Shown here: positions 47,195-56,810 of the stretch, piece after piece
How positions within the stretch are numbered: the first letter of the stretch is position 1
Layout: each line of letters opens with the position of its first letter
Source of the DNA: an uncultured candidate division Zixibacteria bacterium
GTDB taxonomy: Bacteria; Zixibacteria; MSB-5A5; GN15; FEB-12
Length of the DNA: 64,000 nucleotides
Reading direction: 5' to 3'
Assembly (NCBI GenBank): GCA_963664195.1
Contig: OY760907.1
Location: forward strand, 928,001 to 992,000
Made by a program: the position numbers and the translations under genes
The notes under the pieces: generated by a model
What the model saw: the letters and a program-made list of their open reading frames with translations, nothing else
Told to the model about the DNA's origin: nothing
Databases searched by the model: none

Positions 47195-48933
47195 ATACAG
47201 TCAATGTCAACGCCTTCCATACTGACCTGATCGTGGAAGAACTGACCCGCTGCGGGATCACATTCTTCTGCGTCTCCCCCGGTTCGCGTTCGACTCCGCT
47301 CACACTCGCCGTCGCTGCCAACTCGAAAGCTACATCCCGGATACATTTCGATGAACGCGGCGCGGCTTTCTATGCTCTCGGTTACGTCAGAGCGATCGGC
47401 AAACCGGCCGTGCTCGTTTGTACGTCGGGAACTGCGGTGGCCAATTATCTCCCGGCGGTAGTCGAAGCCTCAAACGATGCCCTCCCGTTGATTCTCATCA
47501 CAGCAGACCGACCGCCAGAGCTACAGGATTGCGGCGCGAACCAGACGATCACACAACCGGGGATTTTCGGCAGCTTTGTCCGCCACGAAGCAAATCTCGA
47601 ATGCCCGTCAGCCGATACCGATCCGACAGACATACTGCAACAAATCGATCTCGCAGTATCGAAAGCGCTTGAAGCGCCGTACGGCCCCGTCCATATTAAC
47701 TGTCAATTCCGGGAGCCGCTGGCGCCGGTCGAGGACGGCAGCGATCTGTCGAACTCCCTCTCACGTCTCGGAGACTGGCAGGCATCACAAATGCCCTTCT
47801 CGAGTAGCGAGAGTCAGCCCTTCACAGTCAGCACCGATCTGATCCAGCGATTAGCGGACAGGATAAATGCCACTAGCGGCCTGCTGATCGTCGGCCGACT
47901 TTTCGACAGCGAACAACGCGACCCCGTTCTTTCGCTTGTCGACAAACTCCGCTGGCCGGTCTTTGCCGACGCAACTTCAGGTCTGAGCGCAATCGATCAT
48001 GAGTGCATTATTCATCATTTTGATCTGCTGCTTCAGTCAGAAACCTTCCGGTCATCGGTCTGCCACAGGCAGGTGCTCCATATCGGCGGACAATATGTCT
48101 CCAAGCGACTTCTGCAATTCATCGAGAGCGCTGAACTTGAAGGCTACATCCATATCGGCAACGATCCACGCCCCAAAGACCCCGGCCGCCGAGTCACCGA
48201 CAATGTCACGTGCAATATTGCCAGGTGCTGCGAAGCACTCGTGCCGCTCGTTGACGCGTGCGATGGTAACAAAGGCTGGCGGCGGCAGTCGAGTACCGCC
48301 GAGACGGTCATCGCCGAAGAGTGTAAGGCGACACCCGAAGCAACCGAGCCAGGTATCGTCCGCGCCCTACTTGAGAATCGTCACAAGGGTGGCGGGCTTT
48401 TCATCGCATCGAGTATGCCAATACGGAACATCGATATGTTTGCAGGTCCCGGTCACGGATCGTTGAAGATCGGGGCCAATCGCGGAGCCAGCGGGATTGA
48501 CGGGACAATTGCCTCTGCCGCCGGATACGCCGTTGGCCTAGACAAACCTGTCACGCTCTTAATCGGCGACCTCGCCTGTCTGCATGATCTGAATTCTCTC
48601 GCATTGCTGAACAACAACTCACAGTCTGTGACGGTCGTCATACTCAACAACAACGGCGGACGCATTTTCGAACACCTTCCGGTCGCAGAGTTCAAAGAGC
48701 ACTTCGAAAGCTGTTTCGTCACACCGCACGGCCTGTCTTTTGAACATGCCGCACAGATGTTCAACCTTCCATACGAGTGCGTCAACACCACGGATGCTTT
48801 CGTTCAATCGTACACCAAGGCCCAGGACAGATTGATATCCACGGTGATTGAAGTCACGGTCGACCCGACAACAAACCGCACGACTCATCGCTGCATTGTC
48901 GAACGCATAAAGCACGAGTTGGACGAGGGCTGA
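47191..48933 (+). CDS. menD: SEPHCHC synthase
   Basis: SPGSRSTPL, HFDERGAAF, TSGTA, GPVHINCQFREPL, NRGASGIDG, GDLA.LHD and NNNGG. Confidence 0.95.
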   Translation: MNTVNVNAFHTDLIVEELTRCGITFFCVSPGSRSTPLTLAVAANSKATSRIHFDERGAAFYALGYVRAIGKPAVLVCTSGTAVANYLPAVVEASNDALPLILITADRPPELQDCGANQTITQPGIFGSFVRHEANLECPSADTDPTDILQQIDLAVSKALEAPYGPVHINCQFREPLAPVEDGSDLSNSLSRLGDWQASQMPFSSSESQPFTVSTDLIQRLADRINATSGLLIVGRLFDSEQRDPVLSLVDKLRWPVFADATSGLSAIDHECIIHHFDLLLQSETFRSSVCHRQVLHIGGQYVSKRLLQFIESAELEGYIHIGNDPRPKDPGRRVTDNVTCNIARCCEALVPLVDACDGNKGWRRQSSTAETVIAEECKATPEATEPGIVRALLENRHKGGGLFIASSMPIRNIDMFAGPGHGSLKIGANRGASGIDGTIASAAGYAVGLDKPVTLLIGDLACLHDLNSLALLNNNSQSVTVVILNNNGGRIFEHLPVAEFKEHFESCFVTPHGLSFEHAAQMFNLPYECVNTTDAFVQSYTKAQDRLISTVIEVTVDPTTNRTTHRCIVERIKHELDEG

Positions 48934-48935
48934 CT

Positions 48936-49736
48936 ATGTCCGAAGTCAACGCGCTCAAATTTGCTTACACCGAAAGTCCGGGTGCGCCGGTTATTCTCTA
49001 TCTCCACGGCTTCATGGGTTGCAAAGAGGACTGGGAGGAGGTTGTGTCAATCACAGGTGACCGCTTCAGTCATCTCCGAATCGACATACCCGGTCGCATT
49101 CCCAGCGGATTCACCGACTCTGACTATACCATGCCCGGTTGCGGACAATTAGTCGCCGGACTCCTCAATGACCTCGGGGTCGGTCAATGCCATATCGTCG
49201 GGTATTCAATGGGTGGACGGCTGGCGCTCTACTTCGCCGTTCATCATGCAGACCGAGTCGGAGGTATTGTCATTGAATCCGGATCGCCCGGCCTCAGAAC
49301 CGAACGCGAACAGAACGAACGAATCCACCGCGACAGACAACTCGCAGAAGCAATCATTCAGGGCGACCTTGAGTCGTTCGTGAGCACGTGGTACGCACAA
49401 CCGTTGTTTGCCGAGATGGACCAAACCTCAGATCGATTCAAGCGCCTGCTTGAACGACGTCTGACTTCGGATCGCATCGAGCTGGCCAAGTCACTTCGGT
49501 ACATGGGCACCGGCGTCCAACCTTCCCTGTGGAAGCGGCTTCCGACCGTTTCTTCACACCTGCTTTTCCTCACGGGAGAGAAGGATGCCAAGTTCCGGGC
49601 AATTGGCGCTGAAACGGCTGACTTGTGTCCGCGCGGTGAACTTGCTATAATTGCCGGTGCCGGCCACAACATCCATTTCGAGCAGCCGGAGGAGTATTGT
49701 TCACGGATATGCAGATTCTTCGATAGAGATAGTTGA
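48936..49736 (+). CDS. menH: SHCHC synthase (alpha/beta hydrolase)
   Basis: LHGFMG, GYSMGG, WYAQPLF, GEKDAKF and GHNIH. Confidence 0.9.
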   Translation: MSEVNALKFAYTESPGAPVILYLHGFMGCKEDWEEVVSITGDRFSHLRIDIPGRIPSGFTDSDYTMPGCGQLVAGLLNDLGVGQCHIVGYSMGGRLALYFAVHHADRVGGIVIESGSPGLRTEREQNERIHRDRQLAEAIIQGDLESFVSTWYAQPLFAEMDQTSDRFKRLLERRLTSDRIELAKSLRYMGTGVQPSLWKRLPTVSSHLLFLTGEKDAKFRAIGAETADLCPRGELAIIAGAGHNIHFEQPEEYCSRICRFFDRDS

Positions 49737-49743
49737 GGCAGAT

Positions 49744-50565
49744 ATGAGTTCATTTGACTGGAAAGAAGCGGGCGACTACACCGACATCAAGTATCACAAG
49801 CTCGACGGTATCGCCAAGATCACGATTAGTCGACCGAAGAAGCGTAACGCCTTTCGGCCGCTCACGGTGCAGGAAATGTCGGCTGCTCTTCAGGATGCCC
49901 GCATGGATTCCGAGATTGGCGTGGTCATACTCACCGGCGAAGGTGACAAGGCGTTCTGTTCCGGCGGTGATCAGAGCATTCGCGGCGATGCCGGCTACGC
50001 AGATGAGGAAGGCGTCCATCACTTAAACGTGCTCGATTTTCAGCGCCAGATACGTACCCTGCCAAAACCTGTTATCGCGATGGTGGCAGGATACGCAATC
50101 GGCGGCGGTCACGTACTGCACTTGATGTGTGATATCACAATAGCCGCCGAGAACGCCGTGTTCGGACAGACCGGACCCAGAGTTGGCTCGTTCGACGGAG
50201 GCTACGGATCATGCTACATGGCGAGAATCGTCGGCCAGAAGAAGGCACGTGAGATCTGGTTCCTCTGCCGTCAGTACAACGCCAAGCAGGCACTGGATAT
50301 GGGACTGGTCAACAAGGTTGTCGAGTACGAACGGCTCGAAGACGAGACCGTGAAGTGGTGCCGCGAGATTCTTTCCAACTCACCGATGGCCATCCGATGT
50401 CTGAAAGCCGCACTTAACGCCGACTGCGACGGTCAGGCCGGACTGCAGGAACTCGCCGGCAACGCCACCATGTTATTCTATATGAGTAAAGAAGGCCAGG
50501 AAGGGCGCAACGCCTTCAACGAAAAACGCAAACCTGACTTTTCCAAATTCCCGCGCCAACCGTAA
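49744..50565 (+). CDS. menB: 1,4-dihydroxy-2-naphthoyl-CoA synthase
   Basis: [26 protein letters not shown] and GQKKAREIW. Confidence 0.97.
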   Translation: MSSFDWKEAGDYTDIKYHKLDGIAKITISRPKKRNAFRPLTVQEMSAALQDARMDSEIGVVILTGEGDKAFCSGGDQSIRGDAGYADEEGVHHLNVLDFQRQIRTLPKPVIAMVAGYAIGGGHVLHLMCDITIAAENAVFGQTGPRVGSFDGGYGSCYMARIVGQKKAREIWFLCRQYNAKQALDMGLVNKVVEYERLEDETVKWCREILSNSPMAIRCLKAALNADCDGQAGLQELAGNATMLFYMSKEGQEGRNAFNEKRKPDFSKFPRQP

Positions 50566-50574
50566 GGCTACAAG

Positions 50575-51453
50575 ATGCCTCAATCCGCGCTCAGCGTCTG
50601 GCTTCTTGCCGCTCGTCCGAAGACACTTCCGGCAGCCACAGCACCTGTGATTATTGGGAGTGCGATGGCATATGCCGATGGCGGCTTCTCTCTGCCTGTC
50701 GCAATGGCTGCGGCGCTCGGTGCGTTGTTCATCCAGATCGGGACCAACTTCGCCAACGACTATTTCGATTTCAAAAAAGGGACCGACGACGGGGACCGTC
50801 TCGGTCCCACCCGCGCGACCCAGGCCGGATGGGTCACCCCCTCGGCCATGAAGACGGCCACGGCGATTGCGTTCGGAATCGCATTTCTCATAGGAATCTA
50901 TCTCGTCTTTCGCGGCGGCTGGCCGGTTGTCGCAATAGGGCTAACGTCTATCCTGTTTGGCGTTCTTTACACGGGCGGCCCCTGCCCGCTCGGCTACAAC
51001 GGACTGGCGGATATTTTCGTGCTGATTTTTTTCGGTCCGGTAGCGGTCGGCGGAACGTACTACGTCCAGACTCTGACAATCACTACGCCGGTCATTATGG
51101 CCGGATTGGCTCCGGGACTGTTCTCCGTGGCTATCCTGACCGTCAACAACCTTCGTGACATAGAAAACGACCGAGCCGGCGGCAAAAAGACGCTCGCGGT
51201 CCGGTTCGGAAAACGTTTCTCAATAGTGGAGTACATTGCCTCTGTCGCTGTGGCCTGTGCGATTCCGGCAGTCTTGTTGATGTACGACGGACCGCCGTTT
51301 GCTCTCCTCGCCTGTGGCACAGTTGTGCTTAGCCTTCCGCAAATCAAATCCGTACGAACGATCACCGGGCGGGAATTAAACAACACGTTAGCTGCAACCG
51401 GCAGTGCTCTGCTGATATACAGCTTGTTGTTTTCCATCGGATGGATATTGTGA
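50575..51453 (+). CDS. menA: 1,4-dihydroxy-2-naphthoate polyprenyltransferase
   Basis: [20 protein letters not shown] and [17 protein letters not shown]. Confidence 0.95.
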   Translation: MPQSALSVWLLAARPKTLPAATAPVIIGSAMAYADGGFSLPVAMAAALGALFIQIGTNFANDYFDFKKGTDDGDRLGPTRATQAGWVTPSAMKTATAIAFGIAFLIGIYLVFRGGWPVVAIGLTSILFGVLYTGGPCPLGYNGLADIFVLIFFGPVAVGGTYYVQTLTITTPVIMAGLAPGLFSVAILTVNNLRDIENDRAGGKKTLAVRFGKRFSIVEYIASVAVACAIPAVLLMYDGPPFALLACGTVVLSLPQIKSVRTITGRELNNTLAATGSALLIYSLLFSIGWIL

Positions 51454-52586
51454 GAATACTACAATCGCGCATATTCAAGTATACACTGCCGTTCAGAAAA
51501 CCGCTGAAATTGGCCAAAGCCGAAATGCGCGAACGCGAAGGCCTTCTGATAAAACTGATCGGCTCCGAATGCAACACCGACGGGTCCGACGAGGACTGCG
51601 GAGTCGCCGCGTGGGGTGAGATCGCGCCACTCCCCGGTTTCTCCCGTGAGACCGTCGATGAGTCACTCAATCAACTGAAACGAACTCTCATCAAACTGCA
51701 GCAAGACCCGTTGCCGCCGGAACTCCACAGACTGGAGGGCGGCTTTGAGAATTGGCTGGGCCGGTTTAACCTCCTTCCCGCCGTTCGCCACGGTATCGAA
51801 ATGGCCGTGCTCTCCTTGCTCGCCAACGGCGGCGGCATTTCCATGGCCCGTCTTCTGTCGCCGCAGCCAATGATGACAATCAGCATCAACGGCCTCATCA
51901 CCGGCTGTGCCGATGAGGTCAGCGAGCGAGCAAGACACTACCAGCGGGATGGATATCGCGCCGTGAAGCTTAAAGTCGGGGGGTTGCCGCTGGAAGAAGC
52001 TGTCGCTCGCACCAAGAGTGTCTTCCGCGAGCTCGACAGCCGCGCTAAGCTCAGGCTCGATGCTAACCGGGCCTGGACTCTTGAGCAGGCCCTGCAATTC
52101 GCTGAGGCTATTCGTGACTGCGAAATCGAATACATAGAGGAACCGGCGCGGGACCTCAGTGATGTCAACGAATTCGTTTCTCGTACGATCTCTCGCTTTC
52201 CGGTCGCACTCGATGAATCTCTTGTAGACATAGAACCACACCAACTCGCCGAGTTTTCGCAGGTCAGCGCACTGATTCTCAAACCGACCATTTTGGGTGG
52301 ATTTGAAAGGACGGCGGCTTTCGCGCGAGCTGGAAAGGAGCTCGGAATGAAGGCAGTGATCTCGTCATCGTTTGAAAGCTCGCTTGGAATCGCCGCACTC
52401 GGATCGCTCGCCGCCGCCTACGGCAGCCCCGACAGCCCGGTAGGACTTGACACGACAAACTGGTTTGCGAGCGACTTGCTCGCCGAACCAATCGCCGTTG
52501 TCAACGGTGCCATGCGGGTGGAGCAACTCGCCCGCGCCGCCGTCAGGATTGATACCACTCGTATGACCGAGGTGCCTTTTGGCTGA
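51441..52586 (+). CDS. menC: o-succinylbenzoate synthase
   Basis: WGEIAPLPGFSRE, KLKVG, RLDAN, YIEEP, ALDES and ILKP. Start may be GTG 51450. Confidence 0.92.
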   Translation: MDIVRILQSRIFKYTLPFRKPLKLAKAEMREREGLLIKLIGSECNTDGSDEDCGVAAWGEIAPLPGFSRETVDESLNQLKRTLIKLQQDPLPPELHRLEGGFENWLGRFNLLPAVRHGIEMAVLSLLANGGGISMARLLSPQPMMTISINGLITGCADEVSERARHYQRDGYRAVKLKVGGLPLEEAVARTKSVFRELDSRAKLRLDANRAWTLEQALQFAEAIRDCEIEYIEEPARDLSDVNEFVSRTISRFPVALDESLVDIEPHQLAEFSQVSALILKPTILGGFERTAAFARAGKELGMKAVISSSFESSLGIAALGSLAAAYGSPDSPVGLDTTNWFASDLLAEPIAVVNGAMRVEQLARAAVRIDTTRMTEVPFG

Positions 52587-54006
52587 ACTACGTGATCCGA
52601 TCAATGCTCTCGCCCACACCAAGGCTGTCGTGACTGACAAAGGGCGACAGCTGACGGCTTGGGAGATGCACCTGTACAGCCTCCTGGTCGTAAGAGATAT
52701 GTCGGACAACATGGGGTGCGGGATCAGATCCCAGAGCCGTATCGCCATCGTCGAGCCGAACAGACTTGAAACCGTAGTCGCGATCTGGGGAGTAATTCGA
52801 GCAGGAGGAATCGCCTGCCTGATGAACACGCGCATGCCGCCAGAAACTCTTGCCGAACAGGCAAAGATGATCGGCTGTTCAGCGCGCCTTGTGTTCCCGG
52901 ACTCCCCATATTCTGACATTCTCCCCGATCTGCCTAAGCTGTTGAGCCGACCGCTGCATCAGGATCACGGTGAGACCTACCACGGCATACAGTTCTTTGA
53001 GCCCAACCATCCCGCCACCATCATGTTCACCTCCGGCAGCTCTGCGAAACCGAAGGCGGTTCTCCACAGTTTCGGCAACCACTACTACAGCGCCCTCGGC
53101 TCGAATAAGAATATCCCGGTTGTCCCCGGTGATCGCTGGCTTGTTTCTCTGCCGCTGTATCATGTCGGCGGCCTCGCCATTCTGTTCCGATGCTGGCTCG
53201 GTGGCGCAACGGCGGTGCTGGCCGAACCGGGCGGCGACATTGTTGATCAGTTGTCCCGTAATGAGACCACCCACATCTCTCTTGTTGCCACCCAACTAAG
53301 ACGGTTGTTGCGGGCTATGAAATCCAAGGGAAGATCATTCCCTCGTCTAAAATGCGTCCTTCTCGGCGGCGGCCCCACACCCGAGCGCCTCGTGAATGAA
53401 GCAATTGACGCCGGTCTGCCGATTTACCGAAGCTACGGTCTCACCGAGATGGCCTCGCAAGTGTCCACGAGCACTCGCCCGGACGGGACCAAACGCAGGA
53501 TACTCGATTATCGTCAGGCGAAAACATCAGACGACGGCGAAATCCTCGTGCGCGGCAAAACACGATTCCTCGGGTATTATGAAAGTAATAAACTGGTCCA
53601 ACCGTTTGACCCCGAGGGCTGGTTCGCCACAGGCGACACGGGAGAAATCGACGACAACGAAGGTCTGCGTGTCACCGGTCGCACAGACAACATGTTCGTT
53701 TCCGGCGGAGAGAATATCCAACCGGAACAGATAGAATCTGTTCTGCGTGAATTGCCCGAGATCGAAGAAGCTGTTGTGGTTCCAGTCGAAGACGCCGAGT
53801 TCGGCCAACGTCCTCTTGCATTTATTTGTGGTACAACAGATTACGACTACGTGAGGTTGTCTGGTTTGCTCAGGAAAAGACTGCCCGGTTATGCCGTACC
53901 GGTCGAATTCCGACCCTGGCCGGACGGTTACCAACAACCGGGTATTAAGCCGAATCGGAAGTTCTTGAGAGAAGAGGCGGCCAGAACAAACAATCGTGAC
54001 CGTTAG
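52579..54006 (+). CDS. menE: o-succinylbenzoate--CoA ligase
   Basis: FTSGSSAKPK, LPLYHVGG, SYGLTE, WFATGD and SGGENI. Confidence 0.92.
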   Translation: MAELRDPINALAHTKAVVTDKGRQLTAWEMHLYSLLVVRDMSDNMGCGIRSQSRIAIVEPNRLETVVAIWGVIRAGGIACLMNTRMPPETLAEQAKMIGCSARLVFPDSPYSDILPDLPKLLSRPLHQDHGETYHGIQFFEPNHPATIMFTSGSSAKPKAVLHSFGNHYYSALGSNKNIPVVPGDRWLVSLPLYHVGGLAILFRCWLGGATAVLAEPGGDIVDQLSRNETTHISLVATQLRRLLRAMKSKGRSFPRLKCVLLGGGPTPERLVNEAIDAGLPIYRSYGLTEMASQVSTSTRPDGTKRRILDYRQAKTSDDGEILVRGKTRFLGYYESNKLVQPFDPEGWFATGDTGEIDDNEGLRVTGRTDNMFVSGGENIQPEQIESVLRELPEIEEAVVVPVEDAEFGQRPLAFICGTTDYDYVRLSGLLRKRLPGYAVPVEFRPWPDGYQQPGIKPNRKFLREEAARTNNRDR

Positions 54007-54404
54007 TCCAGAGCCTCAAGCGCATTCCTCAGCGGATTCGGAATCAGTATCTTCTCGTTTTTCGCAACATCCACACACACGTGCACCGTTTTCACCGTCG
54101 CCGCCGGCAGTTCGCCATCTTTGAGAAAACGGAAAAACAGCGTGAACGATGAGGTGGAGATATTGTCGCAGTACATCTCGACCGTCAGTTTGTCACCCAC
54201 ACCCAGCGCCTCTGTGTAATCGGCCTCCGCATGTACCAGCGGCACAATGAATTGCTTCAACCGGAGCACCTCGCCGATGTGTATGCCCTGCGATTCCAGA
54301 TATGTCTCATACGCTGCCTCGGCAATCCGAAAGTGATTGCCGAAAAAAAGCAACCCCGCAGCGTCGGTGTCGTACAGTCTTACAGTGGTATTGTAGGTAT
54401 GCAT
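54003..54404 (-). CDS. Hotdog-fold acyl-CoA thioesterase (likely DHNA-CoA thioesterase)
   Basis: VRLYDTDAAG and PLVHAEADY; convergent on menE. Confidence 0.75.
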   Translation of the reverse strand: MHTYNTTVRLYDTDAAGLLFFGNHFRIAEAAYETYLESQGIHIGEVLRLKQFIVPLVHAEADYTEALGVGDKLTVEMYCDNISTSSFTLFFRFLKDGELPAATVKTVHVCVDVAKNEKILIPNPLRNALEALD

Positions 54405-54522
54405 TAATCGTCCCGCTCAGTTGACATTTAGGGAAATATATCCGTCAATACAGGATATGCAAAGAATCAAAAACGTATTGGCGGACTTTCTGTCCGGGAC
54501 CGGTATCCTCTAAGGGAGTTTT

Positions 54523-56412
54523 ATGAAACACAACTATCTCAATCTGACAACGGTCGCTCTGTTGTTGGCCTGCGTTCTCACGGTCGGAAGCCTCTCGGTT
54601 TTTGCCGATGCCAACGCCGTTCCGCAACGCAGCGACATCAACGACCAGGACAAGTGGAAACTCGAAGACATCTATCCGACGACAGATGCCTGGGACAAGG
54701 ATTTCGCACGCATCGAGGAAAGCCTCGGCTCGTTCGATAAGTACCGCGGACACCTCGGTGACTCGCCGGACATGCTACTGGAATGCCTCCAACTCAACGA
54801 CAGCCTCGACATTATCATGGGCAAGCTGTACGTCTATGCCAATCTCAAGTTGGACGAAGACCAGCGGATCAGCGAAAGCCAGGAGACCAGCGGGCGGATC
54901 GGTGCCCTGAACTCCCGCCTCGGACAGGCGCAGTCTTTCATCGGACCGGAGATTCTCTCGATCGAGGGTGACAAGCTGCATACCTGGTTGAATGAAAAGC
55001 CGGAGCTTGACATCTATCGCTTCTACCTCGAAGACATTGTTCGCAGCAAGGAACACATTCTCTCTGAGAAGGAAGAAGCCATCCTCTCAGCTGCCGGACA
55101 GGTCACTCGCAGTGCCAGCAATATCTTCGGGATGACCAGCAACGCCGACGTCAAATGGGGCACGGTCATCGACGAAGACGGCAACGAGGTTGAACTGACT
55201 CGTGGTCGCTACGGTGTGATGCTCGAATCCCCCGACCGTCGCCTGCGGCGTGACGCCTCCAGAGTGTACGTGGAAGCCTGGAAAAAATACGAAAACACGA
55301 TGGCCGCGACTCTCGAAGCGTCAATCAAGAACGACTGGTTCTACGCCAAAACGAGGAAATACAACACGTGCCTCGAGCGTTCTCTCGACGGCGACAACAT
55401 CCCGACTTCGGTTTTCTTCAAACTGATCGAGGCCGTCAACTCTAATCTCGAGCCGCTGCATAAATGGACCGGTCTCCGCAAGCGTATCCTCGGAGTTGAC
55501 ACTCTGTATCCCTACGATCTGTCAGCTCCTCTGCTGGACCGTGAGCCAAAGAAATACACCTGGGAAGAAGCCAAAGCTACCTGTCTTGAAGGTCTGAAGC
55601 CAATGGGCAAGGACTACCTCAAGGAGTTCGAAAAGGGCTTGAGTTCCGGGTGGATCGATGTCTATGAAACTCAGGGCAAGGAATCCGGCGCCTACAACTG
55701 GGGAACCTGGGCGACTCATCCGTACATTTTGCTTAATTATAACGGCACGCAGAACAACGTCTTCACGCTGGCCCACGAAATGGGCCACGCCATGAACAGC
55801 TTCTACACCAATCGCACCGAGCCGCCGGTCTACAGCGGACACTCACTGTTTACGGCCGAGGTTGCCTCGACCGCCAACGAAGCTATCCTGATGAAGTACC
55901 TGCTGGAGAACGCTGACAATCGGGAAGACAAAATCGAGCTGCTGATTGGATATATCGAGCAGATCGTCGGCACGTTCTATACGCAAGTCATGTTCTCGGA
56001 ATTCGAACTGGCCGTGCATGACCGCATCGAACGCGGCGAGGCCCTGTCCTCAGAGTTCATGCGCAAAACCTATCGCGACATCTACGAGAAATACTGGGGT
56101 CCGGAACTGGTCATCCCCGAAGACGGCGACATGGGCTGTCTCCGTATCAGCCACTTCTACCGGCAGTATTACGTCTACCAGTACGCCACCTGCTATGCGG
56201 CCGCACAGAATCTCTCGCAGCGGATTCTCGACGACGAGCCGGGCATACATAAGAAGTACATCAAATTCCTCTCGACTGGTACGTCGGAGTACCCGGTTGA
56301 TATCCTCAAGGATGCCGGCGTTGACATGACAACTCCGGCCCCGGTCAACAGCGTGATTGATATTCTCGCCGAGTTGGTAGATGAGGTTGAGCGTCTCCTC
56401 GACGAGGGATAA
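54523..56412 (+). CDS. pepF: Oligoendopeptidase F (M3B) with signal peptide
   Basis: KWKLEDIY, GKESGAY, HPYILLNY, LAHEMGH, AEVAS and YVYQYAT. Confidence 0.93.
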   Translation: MKHNYLNLTTVALLLACVLTVGSLSVFADANAVPQRSDINDQDKWKLEDIYPTTDAWDKDFARIEESLGSFDKYRGHLGDSPDMLLECLQLNDSLDIIMGKLYVYANLKLDEDQRISESQETSGRIGALNSRLGQAQSFIGPEILSIEGDKLHTWLNEKPELDIYRFYLEDIVRSKEHILSEKEEAILSAAGQVTRSASNIFGMTSNADVKWGTVIDEDGNEVELTRGRYGVMLESPDRRLRRDASRVYVEAWKKYENTMAATLEASIKNDWFYAKTRKYNTCLERSLDGDNIPTSVFFKLIEAVNSNLEPLHKWTGLRKRILGVDTLYPYDLSAPLLDREPKKYTWEEAKATCLEGLKPMGKDYLKEFEKGLSSGWIDVYETQGKESGAYNWGTWATHPYILLNYNGTQNNVFTLAHEMGHAMNSFYTNRTEPPVYSGHSLFTAEVASTANEAILMKYLLENADNREDKIELLIGYIEQIVGTFYTQVMFSEFELAVHDRIERGEALSSEFMRKTYRDIYEKYWGPELVIPEDGDMGCLRISHFYRQYYVYQYATCYAAAQNLSQRILDDEPGIHKKYIKFLSTGTSEYPVDILKDAGVDMTTPAPVNSVIDILAELVDEVERLLDEG

Positions 56413-56450
56413 GAAGGTTCTTGTTCTTTGAATAATCGTGATACGATTGT

Positions 56451-56483
56451 AACCGTCGGGGTTCCATCCCCGGCGGTTTTTTT
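56451..56483 (+). terminator. Intrinsic terminator
   Basis: AACCGTCGGGG-TTCCAT-CCCCGGCGG-TTTTTTT. Confidence 0.75.
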
Positions 56484-56508
56484 GTATGCGGACCAACACC
56501 GTTGATTC

Positions 56509-56576
56509 GAGTGGCCCCTTCAAACCTGCTTTGGAGGGGAGCAAGTCCGGCCCAGGCAAGCTTGAGCAGGCCACCC
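56509..56576 (-). repeat. 68-bp double-hairpin repeat, copy 2 (inverted)
   Basis: Reverse strand reads GGGTGGCCTGCTCAAGCTTGCCTGGGCCGG-ACTTGCT-CCCCTCCAAAGCAGGTTTGAAGGGGCCACTC. Confidence 0.75.
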
Positions 56577-56767
56577 AATAGGGCGTAGGCACCTCCTGGG
56601 CAGCGTTAAGCGTAGGTCAGTGTTCCGAGTGAACCGCAGGCAAACGAAAAACCCGACAACATCACGTGATAGAACACACACACCATTGCAAACTTTGTTG
56701 GATTCGAGATCACTCTTGTGCCCCGCCCAGAGCGGAACGAAGTGGAGCGTCGGGTGGGAGAACAAGT

Positions 56768-56794
56768 GTCGAAACTACGGGAGTTTCGACCTAC
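56768..56794 (-). repeat. GTAG-type REP-like palindrome, copy B
   Basis: GTCGAAACTACGGGAGTTTCGACCTAC. Confidence 0.65.
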
Positions 56795-56810
56795 GAGGAC
56801 TGCGGGCAGC

